In this document: positions 36,923-45,459 of the stretch, in pieces
Position numbering within the stretch: the stretch's first letter is position 1
Layout of the letters: each line of letters starts with the position of its first letter
DNA from: Thermoplasmata archaeon
GTDB lineage: Archaea > Thermoplasmatota > Thermoplasmata > Lutacidiplasmatales > UBA184
Reading direction: 5' to 3'
Length of the DNA: 64,000 bases
Assembly (NCBI GenBank): GCA_022749935.1
Contig: JAKIWQ010000002.1
Coordinates: 2,480-66,479 of the forward strand
Notes under the pieces: generated by a model
What the model was told of the DNA's origin: nothing
Databases searched by the model: none
Seen by the model: only the letters and a program-made list of their open reading frames with translations
Translations under genes and position numbers: made by a program

Positions 36923-38017
36923 CTACCGCTGACGTCGCCGTGGGCGGGAGGGGCGAGGGGCCTGGGCTTCCGCGGGCACCTCATCCAGGTAGTCGGGGAT
37001 CTCCTCCACCGTCGCCTCCTCCATCGGAGGCAGGTCCCCCCGGGGAGTCACGTCGGAACGGATCCTCGCGAGCAGTGCGTCGATCCCTTCGCCGGTCAGG
37101 GCTGACACCTGTACCCGGTCGACGGGCCGTCGCGTAAGGTCCGACTTAGTCTCCACGGGGATGATCGGAAGGGCCGGGAACTCCTTCACCCAGCGGCCGA
37201 GCAACTCTTCCTGTTCCTCGACGGTATGCCCCGAGGTGCCGGTGGGGTCGATTACGAATAGGACCACCGTCGCCGCCCGGCGGACCGCGGTCTCGGCCTC
37301 GGCTTCCGCGGGATTCGCTCGCCGTTTCCGCCCGAGAACGCCGGGCGTGTCCACGACCTGCAACCGGTCGAACCCGAGGTCCGCGTGCCCCACGGCGATG
37401 GAGAGCGTCGTGAACGGGTAATCGGCCACCTTCGGCCGCGCGGTCGACAGCCGGGCCACCAGCGACGACTTTCCGACGTTGGGGAATCCGGCCACCACGA
37501 GCGTCGGAGCGGCGGGGTCGAGTCGAGGTCGGTCGTCGAGGAAGGCGTCGATCTCCCGGAGGTTCGCGAGGTCGGCATCGACCTCCCGAACGTGACTCGA
37601 CAAACGACCGTAGTACGACCGGATCAGGTCGCCGAGCGCCTCCGACCCACTGGCTCGGTGGGCGTCCTTCTCCGCGTCCCGGGCCAGGTTGCGGATCCGT
37701 TCCTCGGCCCGACGCACCCGGAGGAGCGATCGGTCGAGCGACCCGTCCCCAAACCTTCCGGCGACCAGGGCCCGGTCAAACTCCCCGAGTGGCGGGCGAT
37801 GGAACCTCCGGGTCTCGAGCCGAAGGTGCCGCACCACGGTCGCACCCGCCCGGACGATCTTGAGCTCGGCCCGGCGTCGATCCCGTTCCGCCTTCGAGGT
37901 ACCGTGGGGGTCGGCAAGCGAGGCTCGATGGAACGCCGTGTCGAGGATGGCCACCGAGGGGGCTACGGGCGGCTCGGCGCCCCGCCGGCCTCGTTGATTC
38001 GTCACCCGACGCCCCAT
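36923..38017 (-). CDS. NOG1/OBG-like GTP-binding protein
   Basis: G1 GFPNVGKSS, G2 YPFTT, G3 DTPGVLGR, and an N-terminal helical NOG1-type domain. Start at ATG 38017; the upstream track extension is antisense to gcvPA. Confidence 0.85.
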   Translation of the reverse strand: MGRRVTNQRGRRGAEPPVAPSVAILDTAFHRASLADPHGTSKAERDRRRAELKIVRAGATVVRHLRLETRRFHRPPLGEFDRALVAGRFGDGSLDRSLLRVRRAEERIRNLARDAEKDAHRASGSEALGDLIRSYYGRLSSHVREVDADLANLREIDAFLDDRPRLDPAAPTLVVAGFPNVGKSSLVARLSTARPKVADYPFTTLSIAVGHADLGFDRLQVVDTPGVLGRKRRANPAEAEAETAVRRAATVVLFVIDPTGTSGHTVEEQEELLGRWVKEFPALPIIPVETKSDLTRRPVDRVQVSALTGEGIDALLARIRSDVTPRGDLPPMEEATVEEIPDYLDEVPAEAQAPRPSRPRRRQR

Positions 38018-38096
38018 GGAGAACCCCGGTCGCTCCAGACGGGCGACCCGAATACCTTTGCTGGAGCGGGGGGCGGTGGCCGAGCCCAACGGATAA

Positions 38097-39515
38097 ATGG
38101 ACGGCACCGCTCGGTCGGCAACGGGGAGCGGCGTGGCTCGGTGGATTCCGGATGAGCCGGGCGAGGAGGCGGCCCTCCTCGAGGCTCTCGGGATCCCTTC
38201 GATCGACGCGCTGTTCGCCGACGTCCCGAAGAAGGCCCGGATCGGGCGACTCGGCATTGCCGCCGGTCTCGAGGAGGCCGACGTGGTCGCCCACGTGGAC
38301 AAGTTGCTTGACCGCAACCGGCCGCTGTCCAAATTCTCGAGTTTTCTCGGGGGCCGGATCTCCGCCCGCTACGTACCGGCAGCGGTCGATTCGATCCTCC
38401 AGCGTAGCGAGTTCTACACTTCGTACACTCCCTACCAGCCGGAGGCGAGCCAGGGGATGTTGCGGGCGCTCTTCGAGTTCCAGAGCCTCTGGGTCGAGCT
38501 CACCGGACTCGACGTCGCGAACGCGTCGCTCTACGACGGTTCGACCGCCGCGGGGGAGGCCATGCTTCTGTGTCGGCGTCTCCACGAGGGCCAACGCTTC
38601 CTGGTTCCCGCGAGCCTGCCCTGGGAGGAGAAGAGCGTCCTTCGGAACTACGCGACCGGCCCGGGGCTCCAGGTCGAGGAGATCCCTTACGATCCCCGGA
38701 CCGGTAACCTCGACCTCGAGTTCGTGCGAACGGCGGTCGCCGCCCACGACGTCTTTGGACTTCTCGGCGACGTCCCGAACGGGTTTGGCCACATCGACGA
38801 GGGACTCTGGGAACTCAAATCGATCCTCGGGACGGTCCCGTTCGTCGTATCGGCCGACCCACTCTCGCTGACGGTGCTTGACCCCCCGGGGAACTATGGG
38901 GCCGATGTGGTGGTGGGCGAGGGGCAGGGGTTTGGGATCGCTCCTTCCTACGGGGGTCCCCTCCTCGGTCTCTTCGCCTGTCGGAAGGAACACCTCCGGG
39001 TCACCCCGGGCCGGATCGTCGGGGCGACGGTGGACGCCGACGGGGCGCCCGCTTACACGCTCACCCTGCAGACCCGGGAACAGCACATCCGGCGCTCTCG
39101 GGCCACCTCGAACATCTGCACCAACCAATCCCTCCTGGCGCTCGCATTCGTCGTCTACGCCAGCGTAGTCGGACCCCGGGGCCTCGCCTCCCTGCAGGTT
39201 TCGTTGGCCGAGAAGGCCCGGACCGTAGCGAGCGGGCTCGGGAGCATTGATGGGATCCAATCCCCACGCTTTGAGTCCCCCTACCTCGGCGCCTTCACGA
39301 TCGAGCTTCGGAGCATGGGGGCCGAAGTGTTCCTCGACCGGCTGCGTCGCCGACGGGTGCTGGGGGGCCATTCCCTCGCCGACCCCCGACCCGGGGCACC
39401 CGCCGACCCGCCTCGGGTGCTCGTGGCCGGCTCCGATTCGACCACCGAGAAAGATATCCAAAAGTACGTGCGCGCCGCTCGGTCGATCCTTGGCGCCTCG
39501 GGGGGAACGGCGTGA
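38097..39515 (+). CDS. gcvPA: Glycine dehydrogenase (decarboxylating) subunit 1
   Basis: Typical subunit-1 layout (..WIPDEP.EEAALLEALGI.SIDALFADVP..., SYTPYQPE.SQG.L). Followed by subunit 2 with a GTGA overlap. Confidence 0.9.
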   Translation: MDGTARSATGSGVARWIPDEPGEEAALLEALGIPSIDALFADVPKKARIGRLGIAAGLEEADVVAHVDKLLDRNRPLSKFSSFLGGRISARYVPAAVDSILQRSEFYTSYTPYQPEASQGMLRALFEFQSLWVELTGLDVANASLYDGSTAAGEAMLLCRRLHEGQRFLVPASLPWEEKSVLRNYATGPGLQVEEIPYDPRTGNLDLEFVRTAVAAHDVFGLLGDVPNGFGHIDEGLWELKSILGTVPFVVSADPLSLTVLDPPGNYGADVVVGEGQGFGIAPSYGGPLLGLFACRKEHLRVTPGRIVGATVDADGAPAYTLTLQTREQHIRRSRATSNICTNQSLLALAFVVYASVVGPRGLASLQVSLAEKARTVASGLGSIDGIQSPRFESPYLGAFTIELRSMGAEVFLDRLRRRRVLGGHSLADPRPGAPADPPRVLVAGSDSTTEKDIQKYVRAARSILGASGGTA

Positions 39516-40999
39516 CGTTCCGACAGGCCCGTTGGGACGAACCGTCCATCTGGGACCTCGCTCCTTCGACGCCGGGGGAACCCGCCCCGGCGATCCCGGG
39601 CCTCCCCGAACGGATGCGCCGGCGGGAGCGCCTCCACTGGCCCGAACTCTCGGAGTTGGCCGTCCTGCGGCATTACACACGCCTCTCGCAGATGAACTTC
39701 GGGATCGAGACGTCGTCCTACGCGCTCGGGTCGTGCACGATGAAGTACAACCCGCGGGTCTCCGAGGTGCTGGCCCGGCGAAAGGGGGCCGGGGAGCTCC
39801 ACCCGAACCAGCCCGAGTCCACCGCCCAAGGGGCCCTCGAACTTCTCTGGCGTCTCGAGCGACTCCTCACCAAGGTGACGGGCCTCCCGGAGGTCTCCCT
39901 GCAGCCGGCGGCCGGGGCCCACGGAGAGTATGCGGCCCTGCTGATGGTCCGAGCGTATTTCCGGGACCGGGGCGAGCTCGAGCGGCGGACCGAGGTCCTG
40001 TTGCCGGACACCGCCCACGGGACCAATCCGGCCTCGGCGACCATGGCGGGTTTCTCCACGCGGGAGATTCCCTCGAAGGACGGGTGCGTCGACCTCGAGA
40101 GCTTGAAGTCCGCGGTCTCGGACCGTACGGCCTGTTTCATGCTCACGAACCCGAACACGGCGGGGCTGTTCGAATCAAACATCCTCGAGATCGCGGAGAC
40201 GGTGCACCGGGCCGGTGGGATGCTCTACTACGACGGGGCGAACCTCAACGCGATCCTCGGGATCACCCACCCCGGTCGGATGGGATTCGACGTCGCGCAC
40301 CTCAACCTGCACAAGACCTTCGCGACCCCCCACGGAGGGGGCGGACCCGGGGCGGGGGTGTTGGCGGCCGGCGAGAAACTCGGACCCTACCTTCCGGTGC
40401 CCCGGGTCGTGAAGAACGGCCGAAAGTTCCGCCTCGACTACGACCGCCCGAAGTCGATCGGGAAGATCAAGACGGCCTACGGCAACTTCGGGCTCGACCT
40501 CCGGGCCTACGTCTTTGCGATCTCCCACGGGGAGGCCGGCCTCCAGCACGTCGCACGACGGGCCGTGCTCAACTCCAACTACCTCGGTCTGCGGCTGGGT
40601 CGGTTCCTCCCTCGCCCCTTCTCGACGCTGGTCAAACACGAGTTCCTTCTTTCCGGTACTCCCCTGAAGGCACGGGGGGTCCGGACGCTCGACCTGGCGA
40701 AGCGGCTGCTGGACGAGGGCGTGCATGCGCCGACGATCTACTTCCCGTCCCTGGTGGACGAGGCGATCATGGTCGAGCTCCCGGAGACCGAGTCCAAGCG
40801 GGACCTGGACGAGTACGCCGCAGCGTTCGAGCGGGCCGTCACGGACACTCCGGAACGGTTGCGGGCGGCGCCGCAGCACCTCGCCGTAAAACGGGTGGAC
40901 GAGGTCCGCGCGGCTCGGGACCCCACGCTGTGCTGGAAGGACCTGCGCCAGCGTACCGGAAACGCTGAAAAGGGACCCCCGGCTCCGGCTGCGCCATGA
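39512..40999 (+). CDS. gcvPB: Glycine dehydrogenase (decarboxylating) subunit 2
   Basis: LGSCTMKYNP and the HLNLHKTFATPHGGGGPG PLP-lysine region. Confidence 0.9.
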   Translation: MTFRQARWDEPSIWDLAPSTPGEPAPAIPGLPERMRRRERLHWPELSELAVLRHYTRLSQMNFGIETSSYALGSCTMKYNPRVSEVLARRKGAGELHPNQPESTAQGALELLWRLERLLTKVTGLPEVSLQPAAGAHGEYAALLMVRAYFRDRGELERRTEVLLPDTAHGTNPASATMAGFSTREIPSKDGCVDLESLKSAVSDRTACFMLTNPNTAGLFESNILEIAETVHRAGGMLYYDGANLNAILGITHPGRMGFDVAHLNLHKTFATPHGGGGPGAGVLAAGEKLGPYLPVPRVVKNGRKFRLDYDRPKSIGKIKTAYGNFGLDLRAYVFAISHGEAGLQHVARRAVLNSNYLGLRLGRFLPRPFSTLVKHEFLLSGTPLKARGVRTLDLAKRLLDEGVHAPTIYFPSLVDEAIMVELPETESKRDLDEYAAAFERAVTDTPERLRAAPQHLAVKRVDEVRAARDPTLCWKDLRQRTGNAEKGPPAPAAP

Positions 41000-42114
41000 A
41001 GCGACGCGTGGAGAAGGTCTTCTCGTACCTCGATGTGAAACCGGATGCGGTCCTGCTGGCTAACTCGACCGACCCGCACCTCGACCAGAGCTTCTTCCAC
41101 CTGTTCGAAGTCTCGAGCGGGCTCTTCGAGGGGTCGGTCGCGGTGGCCCATCCGGACGGGTCGCTGGACGTGACGACCTCGCCGCTCGAAGCCGAGTCGG
41201 CGCATCTCGCCGCGAAGCACGACCCCCACGTGAAGATCCACACCGTGACCCGCGAGGGTCCGGAGAGCCTCGAGGTCGTCCTCCGGAAGATCCTCCCCGG
41301 CACCCCCTCGATCGGCCTCAACTTCCCCGAGCTCACGCATGCCTGGTACTTGCGCCTCGAGAAGCTCCTCCCCTCGGCCAAGTTCGTCGACGCGACGGTC
41401 GGCGTCCGTCGGGCCCGTCAGGTCAAGGACGCGTCGGAGATCGAGAAACTCCGAAAGGCCGCGGAGATCGGCTCGAGGGTGGGGAAGGAGATCCCTTCTC
41501 TCCTCAAGACGGGGATGACCGAGCTCGAGCTCGCGGCTGAGATGGAGTACCGGATGAACAAGTACGGCGCCAACGGCCGGTCGTTCTCGACCATCATCGG
41601 GTTCGGCCCGCACAGCGCCGAACCCCACTATCAACCCGGAGACACGAAGCTCACGCCCGGGGTCTCGATGGTCTGCGATTTCGGGGCCTACTATCACCGG
41701 TACGCCTCCGACATCACGCGCTCGTTCCATTTCGGACCGCGCGACGCCGAACTCAAGGAAGTTCACGACACGGTCGAGGCTGCCCAACAGGCCGCGCTGG
41801 CCCTGCTCCGCCCCGGGGTCCCAGGAAAGGTGGTCCACCAGGCCGCGGAGAACGTCATCAACGCGACCAAGTGGAAGGGTCTGTTCACCCACGGCCTCGG
41901 GCACGCGCTCGGTTTGGCCGTCCACGACGGCGGCGTGGGGCTCGCCCCCAACGTGGACGAGGTCCTTGAGGAGGGGATGGTCGTCACGGTCGAACCGGGG
42001 ATCTACATCGCCGGCAAAGGCGGCGTCCGGATCGAGGACGATGTGGTGATCACGAAATCCGGCTACGAGTTCCTCACGACCGCGCCCCGCGGGTACCTTG
42101 AGGTCTCGGCGTGA
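40996..42114 (+). CDS. pepQ: M24-family Xaa-Pro peptidase
   Basis: Pita-bread fold metal ligands (CDFGAYYHRYASDITR, HGLGHALGL, TVEPGIY, RIEDDV). ATGA overlap with gcvPB. Confidence 0.85.
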   Translation: MKRRVEKVFSYLDVKPDAVLLANSTDPHLDQSFFHLFEVSSGLFEGSVAVAHPDGSLDVTTSPLEAESAHLAAKHDPHVKIHTVTREGPESLEVVLRKILPGTPSIGLNFPELTHAWYLRLEKLLPSAKFVDATVGVRRARQVKDASEIEKLRKAAEIGSRVGKEIPSLLKTGMTELELAAEMEYRMNKYGANGRSFSTIIGFGPHSAEPHYQPGDTKLTPGVSMVCDFGAYYHRYASDITRSFHFGPRDAELKEVHDTVEAAQQAALALLRPGVPGKVVHQAAENVINATKWKGLFTHGLGHALGLAVHDGGVGLAPNVDEVLEEGMVVTVEPGIYIAGKGGVRIEDDVVITKSGYEFLTTAPRGYLEVSA

Positions 42115-43133
42115 AGTTCGGGATTCTCACGGGTGGGGGCGACTGCCCCGGGCTCAACGCCGCGATCCGTGCGGTCGTGCTGCGCGCCGCACGCGGGGGC
42201 CACACGGCGGTCGGATACCTGGACGGATGGAAGGGGGTGCGCGACGGACTCTCCCGTCCGCTCACCTCCGAGGAGGTGCGGCCGATCCTGCAGCGAGGGG
42301 GAACGATCCTCGGAAGCTCGCGGACCAACCCGTTCGCTCGGGAAGCGGACGCGACGCGGGTGGCCGAGCGGCTGCGCGCGGACCAGATCGACGCCCTCAT
42401 CGCAATCGGGGGCGACGACACGCTCTCCGCGGCTCGGGAACTCGCGCGACGCGGAGGTCACGTCGTCGGGGTCCCGAAGACGATGGACAACGATGTGGCG
42501 GGAACCGACTGGACCTTCGGGTTCCATTCCGCCGTGGACGTGGCCGTGGACGCCGTCGAGCGGTTGAGGGACACCGCCGCCAGCCACCACCGGGCGATCG
42601 TCCTCGAAGTGATGGGACGCCATGCCGGTTGGGTGGCGTTGGCCACCGGCCTCGCCTCGGGGGCCGACGCGACGCTCCTCCCCGAAGAGCCCTATGACGA
42701 GGCCTGGCTGATGGAGCGGGTCCGCAGCGCTACCCAGGCGCGGGGATACGCCCTCCTCGTGGCCAGCGAGGGGATCGACCTCGGTCCACGGCGAGGCTCG
42801 GCGGGCGGGAAGGACGAGTTCGGGCACGAGCTCCTCGGAGAACGGGAGGTGGGGGCCGAGCTCGCTCGCCGCATCGAGCAAGCGACCGGCGTGGAGACTC
42901 GGAGCGCCCAGATCGGCCACATCCAGCGGGGAGGGTCCCCCGAACTCTTCGACCGGATCCTGGCCACCCGACTCGGGGCCGGCGCGGTCGACCTGGCCCT
43001 GGCGGGCCGGTTCGGCGAAGTCGCGGTCCTGAACGGGGCCGACGTGGTCGGGGTCCCGCTCGACCAGGCGGTGGGGACGACCAAGGTCGTCACGCCCGAT
43101 TGGCTCGACCTCCTGCATACCTTCGACGCCTGA
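42111..43133 (+). CDS. pfp: PFK-A family 6-phosphofructokinase with a pyrophosphate-dependent signature
   Basis: MKFGILTGGGDCPGLNAAIR, IGGDDT and GVPKTMDND. These place Asp and Lys at the two positions that are Gly in ATP-dependent enzymes. GTGA overlap with the upstream gene. Confidence 0.9.
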   Translation: MKFGILTGGGDCPGLNAAIRAVVLRAARGGHTAVGYLDGWKGVRDGLSRPLTSEEVRPILQRGGTILGSSRTNPFAREADATRVAERLRADQIDALIAIGGDDTLSAARELARRGGHVVGVPKTMDNDVAGTDWTFGFHSAVDVAVDAVERLRDTAASHHRAIVLEVMGRHAGWVALATGLASGADATLLPEEPYDEAWLMERVRSATQARGYALLVASEGIDLGPRRGSAGGKDEFGHELLGEREVGAELARRIEQATGVETRSAQIGHIQRGGSPELFDRILATRLGAGAVDLALAGRFGEVAVLNGADVVGVPLDQAVGTTKVVTPDWLDLLHTFDA

Positions 43134-43141
43134 GGAAGCAT

Positions 43142-44137
43142 GTGAAAGTCCGGGCGCTGTGGTACACGGCCGGGGTCCTCCATCTGTTGGACCAGCGGGC
43201 CTTGCCCGGACGGGTCCGGGTCCTCCGCCTCCGGACCCTCCGTTCGACGGCGGACGCCATCCGGACCATGGCCGTCCGGGGCGCCCCCTCGATCGGGGCC
43301 GCTGCCGCGTACGGAATGGTCCTCGGAAAGCGGGAGGGCCGATATACTCCGGCCCAAGCCGCCCGACTCCTCGGGGCGACCCGACCGACGGCCCATGACC
43401 TCTTCGTCGGGATCGAGGCGGTCCGGAAGGCGTGGGTGGCCGGCGACGAGGTCGAGGAGGCCGCCGACGCGTATCGGAGTCGCATCGTGGAGGAGTGCCA
43501 TCAGATCGGGACCGCGGGCGCTCCACTCTTCGCCACGACCCGGCGGGTGTTGACGCATTGCAACGCGGGGGCCCTCGCCACCGTCGAGTGGGGGACGGCC
43601 CTCGCCCCGCTCCGGGTCGCCCGACAACGAGGGGCGCGGTTGTTCGTCTGGGTGGACGAGACGCGGCCGCTGCTGCAGGGGTCCCGCCTGACGGCGTGGG
43701 AGCTCGCGCGGGAGCACATCCCCCACGCGGTGATCGCCGACAACGCGGCCGGCCACTATCTCGCGACCGGTCAAGTCGACGCGGTGATCGTCGGTGCGGA
43801 CCGGATCGCCCGGAACGGCGATTTCGCCAACAAGATCGGTACCTACAGCAAGGCGGTGGTCGCACGGGAAAATGGTGTACCGTTCTATGTGGCCGCCCCG
43901 TGGAGCACGTTTGACGTCCGCCGGCCGAACGGCAAGACCATCCCGGTCGAAGAGCGGGACCCGCTCGAAGTGTCCGAGATCGCCGGACACCGGCTCACCC
44001 CCAAGGGGAGTCCGTCCCGGAATCCCGCGTTTGACATCACCCCGGCCCGGTATGTGACGGCGTTCGTCACCCCCGCCGGAGTCGTCCGGCCGCGGGCTCT
44101 CGCACGACTGCTCGCCCGGCACTCGGCGGCCGGCTAG
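43142..44137 (+). CDS. mtnA: S-methyl-5-thioribose-1-phosphate isomerase (MtnA / eIF-2B-related family)
   Basis: LHLLDQRALP...AIRTMAVRGAPSIGAAAAYG...THCNAG.LAT...VGADRIA.NGD.ANKIGTY. GTG 43142 is preceded by GAGG. Alternative ATG 43100 would overlap pfp by 34 nt. Confidence 0.85.
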   Translation: MKVRALWYTAGVLHLLDQRALPGRVRVLRLRTLRSTADAIRTMAVRGAPSIGAAAAYGMVLGKREGRYTPAQAARLLGATRPTAHDLFVGIEAVRKAWVAGDEVEEAADAYRSRIVEECHQIGTAGAPLFATTRRVLTHCNAGALATVEWGTALAPLRVARQRGARLFVWVDETRPLLQGSRLTAWELAREHIPHAVIADNAAGHYLATGQVDAVIVGADRIARNGDFANKIGTYSKAVVARENGVPFYVAAPWSTFDVRRPNGKTIPVEERDPLEVSEIAGHRLTPKGSPSRNPAFDITPARYVTAFVTPAGVVRPRALARLLARHSAAG

Positions 44138-44155
44138 GCCCGGGCCGGTGAGGAT

Positions 44156-44308
44156 TCAGAGCGGCTGATTGAGAAAGTGTTCGGTCCCGTGGAGGATCGC
44201 GCCGAGAACGGAAGGAACACTGACTCCGAGGGAATTGAGGGCGATCACGAGCCCCAGCACGGCGAGGATCGAGACCGTCCAGGCCTCCGCGGTCTTGGAT
44301 TCCATCAT
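44156..44308 (-). CDS. 50-aa membrane peptide
   Basis: ATG-ATG at 44308 preceded by GGAG gives MMESKTAEAWTVSILAVLGLVIALNSLGVSVPSVLGAILHGTEHFLNQPL. The upstream track extension is Arg/Pro-rich junk. Confidence 0.4.
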   Translation of the reverse strand: MMESKTAEAWTVSILAVLGLVIALNSLGVSVPSVLGAILHGTEHFLNQPL

Positions 44309-44487
44309 GGGCTCTCCGTCGTTCCCGGGGAAAAACCTCGGCGCGCTACATAAAACTCGACCTGCACCGGCACCGACCGTGGGGTGGGGTCGCCGGCGTC
44401 GGCGCCCTGAACGCGGGCGCGCGCGCGTCGCCGGGGCCAGCCCACGGGGCAAGGTTCATAGCGTGGGGCGAATAAGCGGTCGAGGCT

Positions 44488-44593
44488 GCCCTGGTAGTCT
44501 AGCGGTCTAGGATCTAGGTCTGTCGAGCCTGGGACTCGGGTTCGAACGCGTCGCGGGGTCGCCCCCCGCGACCCGGAACTCCCGACCAGGGCG
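44488..44593 (+). tRNA. tRNA-Asp: tRNA-Asp (anticodon GUC at 44522-44524) with a 33-nt intron (44547-44579) in the T-loop
   Basis: All four stems were verified by hand: acceptor GCCCTGG/CCAGGGC, D-arm with GG, anticodon arm with loop CTGTCGA, and T-stem TCGGG/CCCGA. Removing the intron gives a 73-nt molecule with T-loop TTCGAAT. Discriminator is G; CCA is not encoded. Confidence 0.8.
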
Positions 44594-44640
44594 CCTCCCG
44601 CCGCGAGGGACGACTTAACCTCCGTTGCACTAGGTACGCG

Positions 44641-45459
44641 ATGGTCGAGGAGCGAGGGGACCACCTGCGGCGCGGCGGAGCTCCGTACCTCTCGCATGTG
44701 CTCGGGGATGCGTTCCGCGAGCTCACCGAGCGTAAGCTGCTCGACCTGGTCAAGTCGGAACCCGTCCCCCACCACCTCGCGATCATCATGGACGGGAACC
44801 GCCGGTACGCGGGCGAACGGGGGATGGCGGTCAAGGACGGCCACGCCGCCGGACGGGACACGCTCGAGCGGCTTCTCGATTGGTGTCTCGAGCTGGGCAT
44901 CCGGGTCCTGACGGTCTACGCGTTCTCGACCGAGAACCTCTCTCGCTCGACCGAAGAGGTCGAGGACCTGATGGACCTCTTCGACAAGGCGCTCCGGGAC
45001 ATCGCGGTCGACGAGCGGGTCCACCGCCACGAGATCCGGGTGCGCGTGATCGGAAACCGGGCCGTGCTCCCGGCCCGGATCCGGGAAGCGATCGACCTCG
45101 CCGAACACGCGACGGAAAAGTACACCGCCTATCGGTACAACGTCGCGCTCGCCTACGGGGGTCGGGACGAGATCCTTCAGGCCATCCGTACGCTAGCTCA
45201 GGAAGTCCAGGACGGCAAGCTCCGACCGGACCAGATCGATTCCGAGGCGGTCTCGCGACGGCTGTACACGGCCGACCTCCCGGACCCCGACCTCGTCTTC
45301 CGTACGAGCGGGGAGGAGCGGATCTCGAACTTCCTTCTCTGGCAGTCCGCGTACAGCGAACTCTATTTTTCCGACGTCATGTGGCCCGGCCTCAATCGGA
45401 CAGAATTCCTGAGGGCGATCTGGACGTATCAGCAACGGAAGCGGCGCTACGGTAACTAG
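44641..45459 (+). CDS. uppS: cis-prenyltransferase (undecaprenyl diphosphate synthase family)
   Basis: HLAIIMDGNRRYA, TVYAFSTENLSRS, and RTSGEERISNFLLWQSAYSELYF motifs. Confidence 0.9.
   Translation: MVEERGDHLRRGGAPYLSHVLGDAFRELTERKLLDLVKSEPVPHHLAIIMDGNRRYAGERGMAVKDGHAAGRDTLERLLDWCLELGIRVLTVYAFSTENLSRSTEEVEDLMDLFDKALRDIAVDERVHRHEIRVRVIGNRAVLPARIREAIDLAEHATEKYTAYRYNVALAYGGRDEILQAIRTLAQEVQDGKLRPDQIDSEAVSRRLYTADLPDPDLVFRTSGEERISNFLLWQSAYSELYFSDVMWPGLNRTEFLRAIWTYQQRKRRYGN

Noticed and set aside
45392-45459. 68-nt convergent overlap between the uppS and MFS 3' ends
   Set aside because: Both ORFs have family-typical C-termini. The overlap probably reflects a non-conserved MFS tail or read-through to a late stop. 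Nothing further is supported.
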